64,000 nt of DNA, from the NCBI RefSeq assembly GCF_020745735.1, contig NC_083407.1:48289857-48353856 (forward strand), read 5' to 3'. This stretch comes from Hemiscyllium ocellatum (lineage: Eukaryota). Made by a program: the position numbers and the translations under genes. The notes under the pieces were generated by a model. The model was not told where the DNA came from. It did not search any database and saw nothing but the letters and a program-made list of their open reading frames with translations. Shown here in pieces: positions 25,416 through 37,899 of this stretch (position 1 is the stretch's first letter; every line of letters begins with the position of its first letter).

Positions 25416-25863
25416 TGGACTTGACAGCACCCTGAAACCCAAACCTCAACCCTGACCTGACCATACCACATCAGACTGACAATTCCCCAACCCAGTACCA
25501 CAGCACTGAACAACAGCCCACCCTGACTAAAAACACCCATCCAGGCCAGGTCTAGACAGACCTGACTCAATAACACTGTGCACTGTCAACTCCCCCTTCA
25601 CCTCCCACAATGCTCAGACACCTAACCTTAACCTGACACCATTGGACCTGGCACCATGCAGCCCTGACACAGAAGGACTGTCAACCTTTGACTCAAACTG
25701 ACATGCCAACACTAACCGAACACTGCTGGACCCAGTTCTGTGTCCCTGACTTGACTTGCCAGATCTATCTCCCTCCCCTTCTTGACAACATCACAACATG
25801 ATCCCCTCACCTGATCCTACATCCCACATCCTCAGCTTATCCCAGCTGGACTTGACACTCTTA

Positions 25864-25990
25864 TTAATGAAGGGCTTTTGCCCGAAATGTTGATTTTTCT
25901 GCTCCTTGGATGCTGCCTGACCTACTGTGCTTTTCCAGCACCACACTCTTGACTCTGATCTCCAGCATCTGCAGTCCTCACTTTCGCCTA
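25864..25990 (+). mobile_element. PLE family A solo terminus, HHR 5'-clipped
   Basis: ATGAAGGGCTTTTGCCCGAAATGTT...CTGCAGTCCTCACTTTCGCCT; short ACTCTT duplication on the flanks. Confidence 0.88.
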
Positions 25991-26699
25991 CTCTTCCTAT
26001 TGGCTCAACACTTCCACCTACCAAAGCAGCGCTGATCCAACCATCCTAACCATGTAGGTACTCAACCTCCCTTACCCATTTGGTACCCTAGCCCCTCACC
26101 CAATTAGCACGCTACCCTCTCACTCACCTGGCACACTGCCCTTCTTCACCCACAGGGCACATTAGCCCTCAATCCACATATACCTCAAATCACTTGGCAC
26201 ACTGCCCTCTAATCAATTTACCAAACAATCAATTCAACTATTTGCCACTCTGCCCCTCACTCTCCTGAAAACAAAACCCGAATGGGATCTCCAAATCTGA
26301 TTCAACTTTCTGGGCCTATATCTCAACTCCCAAAAGTGATTAAAGCCTCCCAAATACCTCAACCCAAGCCAAGTCCCATGCTAGCCCATTTTCCCATGCC
26401 ACCTTTATGACTCCAGCACCCCTCCATGTACTCTAAATAGCTAATCATCCAATATCAACAATGTAAATGTGTTAGGTTCCATGCCAAAATAATGAAGCAT
26501 TCCTTAATGCTGATCATCCAAGAAACTAGAAATCACACTAAATAAACAATCAATTATTACAATTTATTGAAACTGTCATTTTCAGTTAAATGGAGTACCT
26601 ACCAAGTTGAAACTAATTAACACTTGAAAGTCAACAATACATTATAATGGCTAATTATCCAAAGAATAGACTTGCCGATCTCTTAGTTATGAACTGTCA

Positions 26700-27136
26700 G
26701 TTCTTTTTTTCAGTTATGAAAAGGGATTGGATGGATTGGGATTGTTTTCCTTGGGACAGAGAAGACTGAGCAGATACATGATTGAGATGTACGAAATTAT
26801 GAGGGGCAAAGACAGAGTGGATGGGAAGAAATATTCCCCCTGGTTGAAGGATCAATGACCCAGGGTTTAGATTTAAGGTAAGGGGTAAGAGGTTTGGAGG
26901 TTTTTTTTTAAACTCAGAGATGGTAGAAATCTGGAACTCACTGCCTGCAAGGGTGGTAGAGGCAGAAACATTCACAACATTTAAGAAGTATTTAGATGTA
27001 CACTTGCAATACCAAGGCTTCACTAAAGGTGAAGCGCTGGAAAATGGGATGAGAATAGTTAGGTAGTTGTTTTTGACTGGTACAGACTTAATGCACTGAA
27101 AGACCTTTTCTGTGCTGCAGACCCCTATACCCCATG
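26700..27136 (+). mobile_element. CR1 3' fragment
   Basis: LGLFSL..DMIEMYEIMRG..WNSLP..TFKKYLD and 3' UTR. Confidence 0.85.
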
Positions 27137-27499
27137 AATAAAAAAAAGCTGAAGCAATACAGGGGGAGCAGGTGGTTAGATTGTTTTAAAGTGTCAAAAA
27201 GTAGTTATCCTTATAAATAAAATACCCAATAAAATCACAGAACACAATATGATGGCACGGGCTAACAACATTATCACTGCATTATGGTGCTTATGGAAGG
27301 CATACCTAAATGATTAAATATTGAAGGAGCTACATGAGAGGAAGTAAATACAATACAGGTAGTTCTTCTATAACGCACATTTTGTAAATCCAATTTGGCT
27401 GTGACTTGATTTGTGAATTACAAACTTTTTGTTATAAAGCAAACTCTCATTGGTTATGGTGGGATTCCATGAATTACCAGCCGTCTTTGAATTATTCTG

Positions 27500-28660
27500 C
27501 TGGTGCATTTATTGCAATAGGTTGTCACCTGTGTTGTAACTTTTTTGTTTCTATCTGCAACGAAGGTAGTTTTGTTTGCATCCATCAGTGGGAAAATCAA
27601 AGTGACACTCTTGAACCTGCTCCCAAGGCTAACAGTTTAATTGTTTCTGGGGTAATACCACATCATTTTCCACCAACTTGATAAAAAAAATCCTATCCCT
27701 GATCAACTTCCACTGCTGTCAGGGAATGTGAAAAAAATGGAATATTTTGCTGGAACACTTACTGGAATTGAGGGGTGGGGGCAGGAGCGGGAAGAGAGAA
27801 AGAGGGATAGGGAGCAAAATCAGGTGCAAATGCAGCGATGTCCAGCGACTGTGGGAGAGTAAGCAGGGCATTTTGTTAAGCAAAGGCTCAGCTGCTGGCG
27901 ATCTGAACTATCAACACATGGCGACTTTACAAGAGAGGGTGTATGTGTGCGGACGGGAGGAGGGCAGGGAAGTATGAAACTAAGGTTGGACCATTGGTGA
28001 CCCTCATCTCTCCCCACCCCACCCAAGTCATGCCTGCTCCAAGATTACCCAATCTCCGTCTGAATTTGGGGGAGGGAGGATTTGAGAGTCTCGGTCCCTT
28101 ATTCTCTCTGAAACCCGAGACCCATCAAAACCGCTCGCCGTTTAGAGCATCCCAGCTCTTTACACACACCCCAAAAAAGATTTTACTCGTGCCAAAAGAA
28201 AACACCCTGCATTTTAAAATTCCTCTTTGGAAATACTTTTGGGAATAAGCTTGTTGAGGAGAAGTCCCATTGTTCGAATGCCTTTATCTGCATTATGAAG
28301 TGACTTCTTAGCTGAAAATGGAAGTTAGAAGCCATGATAGCATTTAAATAGCACTGAATTCAGCAGCCAGGCCAGTATTGGAAAATTTCAGATGGAGCAT
28401 TATTTAATTCAGAAACCCCTTAAACTGTTACTTATACTGTATTATTTCATGGAAATATATAATTTAAAAAATTTACTTCGATTGTGCTATCGTTTGTGTG
28501 AGGCTAACAACTATTTTTGTTTTACTGATACTTTTGGTGGTTCGCCCAATGCTATTTTTTCCGTCGGCCCCATTATTTCTATTGCATGATTCTCTATTAG
28601 ATGGCATTGCACAGGAACACAACTATGGTTATAGGAGAACTACCTGTAACTATCACTACA
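27500..28660 (+). pseudogene. Decayed LE and L4-like remnants
   Basis: IGCHLCCNFFVSICNEGSFVC (ORF 27406-27681); TVTYTVLFHG (about 28414); LLHDSLLDGIAQ...TTCNYHY (ORF 28498-28689). Confidence 0.35.
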
Positions 28661-28669
28661 GAAAACATG

Positions 28670-29850
28670 TTAGAGAAACTAATGCTTGATAAGATGCCTG
28701 AACCTGATGGATACATCAGAGGACACTAAAGGATGGGATGCATCCTAGGATATTAGCGGAAGTAGGTACAGCGATAGTGGATGCACTGGAAGTAATCTTC
28801 AAGAGGATTAGAAAACTGCCACTGTAACACCATTATTTAACGAAGGAAGGAGACAAAAAAAACGTATGCGTCTATTATAAATGAGGTAATAGCATAGCAT
28901 TTAGAAGTAGATAATACGATTAACCACAGTCAGCATGGCTTCATGAAGGGGAAATCATGGCTGATAAATTTACTAGAACTGTCTGAGATGCTAACAAGTA
29001 CAATGGATAAAGTAGAAGCAGTGGATGCAATATATTTGGATTTTCAGAAGATATTTGTTACGGTACCATTCATTAGGTTAAATTAATAATATAAGAGCCC
29101 ACAGTGTTCGAGGTAGTATATGAGCATCAATACAAGACTAATATAGAAGATAGAGAGTTTGGATAAGGGAGGATTTTAGAATAGTAAACTGTAACTTGTG
29201 GTGTACCACAGGGATTAGTGCTGGGGCCACAATTGTTGCAATATTAATGACCTGGATGAGGAAAGTGAGTCTGCAATAGCTACGTTTGCAGATGACACTA
29301 AGGTATGTGGAACTGAGGATAGCACAAAGAGTCTGCAGTGGGATATTGACAGATTAAGTGAGTGGGTGAAAACATGGCAAATGGACCATAATGTGGGAAA
29401 ATGTAAGGTTATACACTTTGGCAGGAAGAATAGAGGAGCTGCATATTATTTAAATGGAGAAAGACTGCAAAAAAACACAAAACAGATGGATTTGGGGCTC
29501 CTCACCCATAAACCACAAAAAGCTAGCATCAAAGTGACACGGATGATGGGGAAAGCAAACAAAATGTTGATCTTTATTTCAAAAGGGAACATAGTATGAA
29601 AGTAGAGCGGTTTTGCTGAAACTATATAAGGCACTTGTCAGATCACAGCTGGAAAACTGTCAATTGTTTTAGGCCTTATCCAAGAAAAGGTATACTGGCA
29701 CAGGAATCAGTCCAGGGAAGTTTCATTTGGCTGATACAGTCGTAGGTATGGATAGCCTGTTTGTGAACAGAGGTTGAGTAGATTGGGCCTGTACTTAATG
29801 GAATATAGAACAATGAGAGGCAAAATTCTTGAGCCATACAAGATTCTTCG
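28670..29850 (+). mobile_element. Old degenerate CR1 LINE
   Basis: QHGFMKGKS, GVPQGLVLGP, FADDTK and WQMDHNVGKCKVIHFGRKN. Confidence 0.9.
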
Positions 29851-29854
29851 GAAA

Positions 29855-29990
29855 AAAAGTACTGCTGATGTTGGAAATGAGAAACAAAAATAGAAATTGC
29901 TGAAAAAGCTCAGCATATCTGGCAGCATCTGTGGAGAGAAAGCAAAGTTAATGTTTTGTGTCCCATGATCATTCTTCAGAACTGATTGTA
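29855..29990 (-). mobile_element. Old PLE terminal fragment with decayed HHR
   Basis: Minus strand reads CTGAAGA...AAAACATT...GATGCTGCCAGATATGCTGAGCTTTTTCAGCA. Confidence 0.65.
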
Positions 29991-30039
29991 GCCAGGAAAA
30001 GGAATGAACACTTTCCTTACCTCTAAAAGAAAATCAGAT

Positions 30040-31220
30040 GCGTCATGAAGGCACATGACCAGTGTTCCTACACGCACCATGTTGTTGACATATGAAAACG
30101 TTATAAGTGCTATTGTTGCAAAGTGATGCACAAACATAATGGCAAAGTCCTAAAACAAGAAGAAAAAGCTAGGTAATCACTAAGTGAAAACTTCACATCA
30201 GCTCTCCAGTACACTACATGGCGTACAATTGCAGACTTAGAATTAAAGTAACATCATAGGATTTTGACAGTTCATTTTTAGTTGAGTATCTGATGGAATA
30301 TAATGCTTACTTCAAGATAATAATGATTACAAATGCTCCCAATGGCACACTTCTTCAGCTTTTCTCAAATAAATTAACAGAATTTTTTGTTTTGACTTTA
30401 TTCCTTCAGAATAAGGATTAATTGCAACTTCTAAACACTATTTTATGTCTCTTTTTTTTATTTGTGGGGTAATGACCAATATATTCAACACTCTTTAAGA
30501 CTATATTCAATGATGTGCCATCCCAACACCCACTTAATGCTTGTTCAAGTTGCAAAAGTGCTTGGTTGATAATAGTCAACAGTGTTATATTACTTTCCAG
30601 AAGATAATTCACAAATGGTTAGAATTTTGTCAAGGAGAACGTTTGGAACAGTTACAGTGGATTAAGAGCAAGAGGTGGGATATGTCATTGGTGATAGGCA
30701 GGTTGTCAGTGATGACTTGGAGTTTAATTTAATTGTTACCCAGAAGTCCCCTTAAATTTTTAATAGTCTAACATTTGCTGGGTAATTATTAAGCTTAACT
30801 GAGTTAGAACTCTCTAAAATTCTTGGCTTTTTTAGATGGTTCCAGATGCAGGAGAATTGCCTATCAGAAGTATCAATTTCCCAGGCAATTCCCACAAATT
30901 CTGGACATTGGGATTCCACATGGCCCTGAACTGCAACTCCATTCGACACTGCTACAATGACTATTAGGTGACTGAGATATCCAGACAACTGTCCCTTACA
31001 CTGCTGATGAGGAAGCTCTTGCCACTCAAAACAAAATCTTCCAGAAGCCATTAATATGGATGTTTAAAATATCATGCTCACAGTTAGGTTTGAATACCAA
31101 GTGCCCATCAGCTACTATTCAAGCTTCACATTCCAACTCACGGAATCAGAATTCTTTGGTGTTTGGTGTGTGTCTGTCCTGTGATCATGAGGATGATGGT
31201 AATACAGAAATTGTATTTTA
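30040..31220 (+). pseudogene. Decayed LE-L4-LE module
   Basis: DQC...KCYCC (30057-30119); NAP...FSNKLT; KRWDMSLVIGRLSV (30670-30711); CLSEVSISQAIP (30858-30893); CPLHC**GSSC (30990-31022); FGVCLSCDH (31162-31188). This is the canonical order of an L4 domain inserted in an LE repeat. Confidence 0.6.
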
Positions 31221-32074
31221 GGGTGAGGTTTACTGCTTGTTACGCTATTCATGAACAGTTAATTAATGTTTTGTCTGCACTCAATTGTTAAATTGTATTC
31301 TTTATGGCTGGGAACAGCATGGGAAGGATTAAACATTTCAGCCACACAAAATCACTAGCTCACAGGTCAGACAGGCTGGTTACTGTAGGATGCACAAAGT
31401 GAATAATATAATTGATAATAAGAGTGGCTATGATGGAGCAGTTTGTGGTCCCATTTTCTAGGAGGTGAATTAATGAGATACATGTATTGTTTCCTCTGGG
31501 ATGGCTGTGTTATTAAGTTCCTTTAAGTGGCCAGAGATAAGCCTTCCCCAGGATCAGGAACCCTCAGAACAAATGGCCCACCCATAGAGAGCAGCTCACC
31601 GCTCATTTTTCTCAACAGCTCCACTGAGGAGGCAGTAACTGCTGTCAGAATGACACTCACTGCACGCCTACTATTATGAGGTGAACCCAACCACAGTTAG
31701 ATAAAGCAGGGTTTTGTGGGCTTGGGACCACAGGGGATGGTATGTAAGGGGGATTGGTAGCAACAGTTGAGACTCTGCTTTCCAAAGTTTAATGCCTTGA
31801 TCAGGCACTGAGTACTTTGAAGGAGGGACCTTGTTGCAAGAGATCACAAACAACCTATGCCAGTTTCCCTGTCAGTCCCCTCACATGAAAACAAGCTGCC
31901 TACTGCTTCGTTAATATTAGTGGTGGCTGACTGGACCCCTTAGTGGTTGTTAATTCATGGCCTGAAATAGCTGTGGGGTAGGAAACCCACTTCAGGTTTT
32001 TCCACGTCAGACCTAACATTCACAAGAGTAAGTGGACAAATGGGAGATACTCACACACTACCACCTCCTCTTAA

Positions 32075-32145
32075 TTAATTGTCAAACACACCATGAGAGA
32101 GGGCATGAAATACTTCATTAGAGTCTGAGCTGCAAATTTAGTCAC
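32075..32145 (+). pseudogene. Decayed FN3 C-terminal strands
   Basis: EGMKYFIRV*AAN (32099-32137) matches FN3 L.PG..Y.IRV.A.N; the TGA probably derives from CGA. Confidence 0.55.
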
Positions 32146-32590
32146 TCTATATTTGGCAATGCATATAATCATCATGTGCCACATTACATAGCTTTGGGGA
32201 AAGGGTTTCGATATGCCTTCCAAGGATATTGAGTGGTATATCTTGGTTAATTTTATTCCAATAAACAATCAGTTTCAATATCGGCACGTTTTCTTTCAAG
32301 AAATAGCTTTTGTATTAAAGCCAAGCACAGTGTAAAGGTTAAGTGAGTGGCATCATTATTATATTGAGAATAGCAACATATACAATATCATTGCTTATAT
32401 TACACTCAGTGCATCTGCAGTTTTTATTGAACCAAACCATCTCTTGGATTATGGTATGAGGTTTCATAGCTTCATTTTCACTATCACTGAAAGCGTATAG
32501 TGCTCAGTTCATCTGTCAAGAAAAGGAGAAATATGTGGCCATGCCATAGTCCAGTATTCTGTTTATTGAGTATAAATCTTTTGCTGTTTG

Positions 32591-34580
32591 ACATAGAACA
32601 TAGAATGTTACAGCACAGTACAAGCACTTTTGCCCTCGATGTTGCACTGACCTGTGAAAATAATCTGATGCCCATCTAACCTACACCGTTCCATTATTAT
32701 CCATATGTATGTTCAATGTTCATTTAAATGCCTTTAATGTCAGCTGGTCTACCACTGTTCCAGGCAGGCTGTTCCACACTTCTACTACTCTCTGAATGAA
32801 GAAACTACCCCTAATATCTGTCCTACACCTGTCACCCCTCAATTTAAAGCTATGTTAGCCTTCACCATCCGATGAAAAAGGCTTTCACAGTCCATCCTAT
32901 CCAACCCTCTGATGATCGTAAACGTCTTGATTAAGTCACCTCTCAACTTTCTTCTCTCCAATGAAAACAGCCCCAGTTTCCTCAGCCTTTCCTCGTAAGA
33001 CCTTCCTTCCATATCATGCAACATGCTAGTAAATCTTCTTTAAACCCTTTCCACATCCTTCCTGTAATGCGGTGACCAGAACTGCATGCAATACTCCAAG
33101 TGTGACCATACCAGTGTCTTGTGCAACTGAAGCATGACCTTGTGGTTCCGAAACTCAATCCCCCTATCAATAAACGCCAACACACCACATGCTTTCTTAA
33201 CAATCCTATCAACCTGAGTGGCAACTTTCAGGGATTTATGCACCTGGACACCAACATCTCTCTGTTCATCTATACTGCCAAGAATTTTACCATTAGCTCA
33301 GTACTCTACATTCCTGTTACTTCTTCTGAACTACCTCACACTTTTCTGCATTAAACTCCATTTGCCACTTCTCAGCCCAGCTCTGCGTCTTATCTATGCC
33401 CCTCTGTAATCCACACCATCCTTCGACAACTTTGCCGACCTTAGTGTCATCCGCAAATTTATTAACCCATCCTTCTATGCCCACATCCAGATCATTTATA
33501 AAAATGACGAACAACAGTGGCCCCAAAACAAAAGATCCTTGTGGCACACCACTGGTAGCTGAGCAGTTGCATGAACATTTCCCATCAACCACCACCCTCT
33601 GTCTTCTTTTAGCTAGCCAATTTCTAATCCAAACTGCTAAATCATCTTCAATCCCAAAAATCTGTATTTTGTGCAATAACCTACCATGTGGAACCTTATC
33701 AAATGCCTTAATGAAGTCCATATACACAACATCAACCGCTTTACTTCATCCACCTGTTTTGTCAGCTTCACAAAGAATTCAATAAGCTTAGTTAGGCATG
33801 ACCCACACTTCACAAAACTGTGTTGACTATCTCTAATCAAATTATCCCTTTTCAGATGATTATAAATCCTATCTCTTATAATCTTTTCCAACATGTTACC
33901 CACAACCAAAGTAAGGCTCACTGACCCATAATTAACAGGGTTGTCCCGACTCCCCTTCTGAAACAAGGGAACAACACTTGCTATTGTCTAGTCTTCTGGC
34001 ACTACTCCTGTCAAAATGATGACATAAAGATCAAAGCCGAAGGCTCTGCAATCTGTTCCCTGGTTTCCCAGAGACTCAGAGGATAAATCCCATCTGGCCC
34101 AGGAGACTTATCTATTTTCAGATCTCACAAAATTGCTAAAAAACCTCTCTTTGTCAACGGTAATCCCATCAAATGTTGTAGCCTATATCTCCATATTCTC
34201 ACTAACATCGCCCTTTTCCAATGTGAATACTTACAAGAAGTATCCATTAAGCGCTTCCCCTATGTCCTCAGATTCTACACACAATTTTCCACTACCATCT
34301 TTGATTGGCCCTAATCTTACTCTAGTCATTCCTTTATTCCTTAAAATACCTAGAGAAGGCTTTAGGGTTTTCCTTGATCCTATCAGCCAACAACTTCTCA
34401 TGTTCCCTCCTATCTCTTCTTAGATTGCTCTTTAGATCTTTTCTGGGTAACTTTCAACTCTCAAGTCCTTCATGCCTCATCCTCACATAAGCCTTCTTCA
34501 TCTTGACAGGAGCTTCAATTTCTTTAGTAAACCATGGCTCCCTCTCTTAACAACAACCTCCCTGCCTGATAGGTATATAC
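32591..34580 (-). mobile_element. 5'-truncated CR1 LINE with frameshifts
   Basis: Minus-strand ORFs with [25 protein letters not shown] and SHLEYC; tail CATAGAACATAGAA on +. Confidence 0.96.
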
Positions 34581-35084
34581 CCGATAGGTTCAGTGGTATC
34601 ACTTCTCAGGATGCTGGACAAAAAAAATAACAGGAGTAGTCAACAACATGAAACCAAGACAGTACCTACCTGAAACATGACAGGAAGACAGGAACAAAAT
34701 CAACTCTCTGATTGGCTTGCTAATTCCTCAATGTGAATTGTACCTGGGCTTTATTGAAAGGTGGTCTTGAACCCCAAACAGGGGCACACTTCTTTGAACC
34801 TTCTGCCACAGAACTTTTTGCTTTCACATCAATATTTCCCAAATACCTCTACTTTTTTCTCATGTGATCTGTTTCCTTTGCTGTGCCCCATAATCTGCTT
34901 TAAAGGAAAGCTGTAAGATTGCTCTTTTTGCTGGATTTTCTCACAGATTGCTTATTACAAACCAACCTCCCTCGGCTGCACACTTCTGCCTTCAGTTTAC
35001 TCAGATTAAGTAGCTTTTATTTCGTACCCTCTAAATGTTTGAGCTCTCCCAGTAGTTGCTGGTACCCATATTACACCAAGTTGC

Positions 35085-35530
35085 ACTCACCCAGCATCCC
35101 TGTCCTCACCAATCCACTTTCACCATCAAACCAATAATGCCTCAAATTTAAAATTCTCAGGTTTGTTTTCAAATCTTCCATGACCTGCCCCTACCTGTCT
35201 CTCTAACTTCCTTCCACCACACAATCCATGACACTAATCTCATTCTGGCCACTACACATCTGCAATTTTAATTAATTTATCTTGGAGGCAGAGCTTTACA
35301 TATCAGAAGCTCTAAATACTGGAACTTCCCTAAAATGTTTCAGTTCCTGACTTTTCTCTCTTCTCCTGTAAGATGTTCCATTAAATCTACAGCTTTGGTG
35401 AAGTCTTTGTTCATCTGCCTTAAACTCTTATTGAGTTGCTTGCTGTCAAATTTTGTTTGATCATGTTCCTGTGAAACATCTTGGGATGTTTGACTGCATT
35501 GAAGGTGACATACAAATTCAAATTGTTGCT
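35085..35530 (+). mobile_element. Old L2-like LINE 3' remnant
   Basis: SIPVLTN..KFKILRFVFKS..PYLS-like ORF end and L2-type tail. Confidence 0.55.
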
Positions 35531-35614
35531 GTTTTTAAAGGAAATTCCCATTTTCTCACAGCACAGGAGAAAGTCCTCTGACTTGTCTACATTAGCTGTA
35601 TGAATGAGCAATTT

Positions 35615-35819
35615 CTGGATTAGAGTGGTGCTGGAAAAGCACAGCAGGTCAGGCAGCATCCAAGGAGCAGGAAAATTGATGTTTCGGGTTCCTGATGAAG
35701 GGTTTTTGCCTGAAACATCAATTTTCCTGCTCCTTGGATGCTGCCTGACCTGCTGTGCTTTTCCAGCACCACTCTAATCCAGACTCCGGTTTCCAGCATC
35801 TGCAGTCCACATTTTTACC
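35615..35819. mobile_element. PLE family A inverted terminal cassette
   Basis: About 73-bp near-perfect inverted arms. 14-bp TSD TGAATGAG(C/T)AATTT at 35601-35614 and 35820-35833. HHR remnant at 35689-35722. Confidence 0.92.
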
Positions 35820-36097
35820 TGAATGAGTAATTTACCTAGTGTCTCTCCCTACCTTGTCCCCATAACTCTGCACATTTTTCCTCTTTAGAATTCCCTTTTG
35901 AATGCTTCAATTGAACCTGCCTCCACCACCACACTCTCCAGTACTGCATTCCAGATCTGAACTGCTCACAAAATGAAGATGATTTTCCTTGGACCAGGAT
36001 CATCTCAGGTACATCTGAGAATAAGACTGAGAATTGATTGTTAGAAAACCGTGAATCAACATTCCTATAAGGGCAGAATACACCCTCCAAGTACACT

Positions 36098-36212
36098 ATC
36101 ATACTTGAGAACTTTGGAAGCTTGTTTCTTTGGAAGATGCAATGGAAGAATTTGCCAAATTCTTCCAGTGCATCTTCCTGAAAAACAAGCTTCCAAAGTT
36201 CTAAAGTATGAT
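36098..36212. repeat. 57-bp-arm palindrome with 1-nt loop, unrelated to the PLE cassettes
   Basis: Arms 36098-36154 and 36156-36212 match at 52 of 57 positions. Confidence 0.95.
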
Positions 36213-36228
36213 GGTTTCTGTGAGACTA

Positions 36229-37185
36229 GGTGGGAGTGGATGCTAGTGGCAGGGAGATGGGCAGCTGAGAATCTCATTATGGTAGGTAATTGGTAGGTCC
36301 TGCTGAATTTCAAGATTGATCTCATTTGATTGTCATTTTGTTCCCTTTCTTTCCAAATAGCCAGCCATATTGAGAGGCCCGAGGGATGCCTTCCTATCCC
36401 ATATTAACAATGAGATTTGACACTTTGATTAGAACTGTAAAGCACCATTGCAGTTAATCAATAAGATATTTGTGAGGTGGTAACATGCACAGGGGATGCA
36501 TTTTTATAACTGAAATTAGTTCAAATAATGTTACATCATCAACTGCTCCCCAAATATAACCTTACCACCACCTTCAAGTGTGCCTCAAAGCCACTCACCA
36601 TCCTGAGTTGGAAATCTCTTGCTGCTCTTCCACTGTCACTGGGTCAAACTCCTGGAATTTCCTATCTAATTGCATTCTGGGTCAACCCACAGCAGGTGGA
36701 TTGTGGCTGTTCAAGAAGGCAGCTCACCACCACCTTCTCAAGGGCAACTAGGGATGGGCAATAAATGCTGACCAGGCAGCAATGCCCACATTCCACAAAT
36801 GAATAAAATAAAACTCAGTCTGAAAATTTCATGGCAATGCTGCCATTGAAAATCTGGTGATATCCTGGAAATAACAACAGCTCCCCAATTTTGCTAGGAG
36901 GGACTTACCTTTCCTATAAGTCAAAGTAAAACTGGGCATTTTAAAACTGAAATTATGGTGTGGGGTGGGAGTGGATGCTAGTGGCAGGGAGATGGACAGC
37001 TGAGAATCTCATTATGGTAGGTAATTGGTAGGTCCTGCTGAATTTCAAGATTGATCTCATTTGATTGTCATTTTGTTCCCTTTCTTTCCAAATAGCCAGC
37101 CATATTGAGAGGCCCGAGGGATGCCTTCCTATCCCATATTAACAATGAGATTTGACACTTTGATTAGAACTGTAAAGCACCATTG
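36229..37185 (+). repeat. 222-bp direct duplication (36229-36450 and 36964-37185)
   Basis: The copies differ at one position by eye; 513-bp spacer. Confidence 0.95.
36570..36812 (+). mobile_element. CR1/L2-superfamily LINE 3' end
   Basis: FKKAAHHHLLKGN* ORF end followed by GGATGGGCAATAAATGCTG...GAATAAAATAAA. Confidence 0.7.
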
Positions 37186-37899
37186 ATAGTAAACATTTTT
37201 GCATCAACCAGTTCAGTAACATTACCTCACATCTCTGGAGCAGGTTATACTTGAACATAGGCTTTCTGGACCAGAGGTAGGACATGACCACTCCTCAAGA
37301 AGAATCCAACCATTAATTGTAGATATATTCTAATCAACCTGCTCAGATATGTTATTACATACATCTGGACCAGGTGGAATTCCTGGCTCAGATGTGGGGA
37401 CATTACCACTGCACCTAACTTTAATCTTAACTGATATGATCGTAACTCAAGAAATTGTGGTGGCCCTGGCTTTGAAACAATTAATTCTGTTCTTGATTCC
37501 CTACTTCTACTTCCAACTCAGGATTAAGAGGCGTGCATCACTTTGATTTGGTTACATACAGTAGAATTGAGAAGAGACGAGCATGATAAGATGCCAGCTC
37601 TACATGTTCCTCATCAAATAAGTAACCAATTTATCAAATATTTGCAAATGAAGTGTAAAACTTCCATATTTAATTCAATCTGCCTAACTAAATACACATG
37701 TATTTGAATTTATTTTGGATGTGAAGGTGTTATCTCGCCAAACAAATAACTGCAAGATGCAATTTGTTTTGCTGGTACCAAAGCACATTCAAAACTAATT
37801 TCTCAATATTTCCTCCTCATAGTGTAAGTTATATAGAGGATTCACTGTACACGAACAGCACCTAAAAAGACACATTTATCTGCAGCATTTCTTAGAACT

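Noticed and set aside
31001-31030. CTGATGA resembling a hammerhead core
   Set aside because: No stem II or GAAA follows; it lies in the LE remnant CPLHC**GSSC.
36229-37185. Possible LTR or TRIM element
   Set aside because: No TG..CA termini, PBS, PPT or TSD; the interior is unrelated old sequence.
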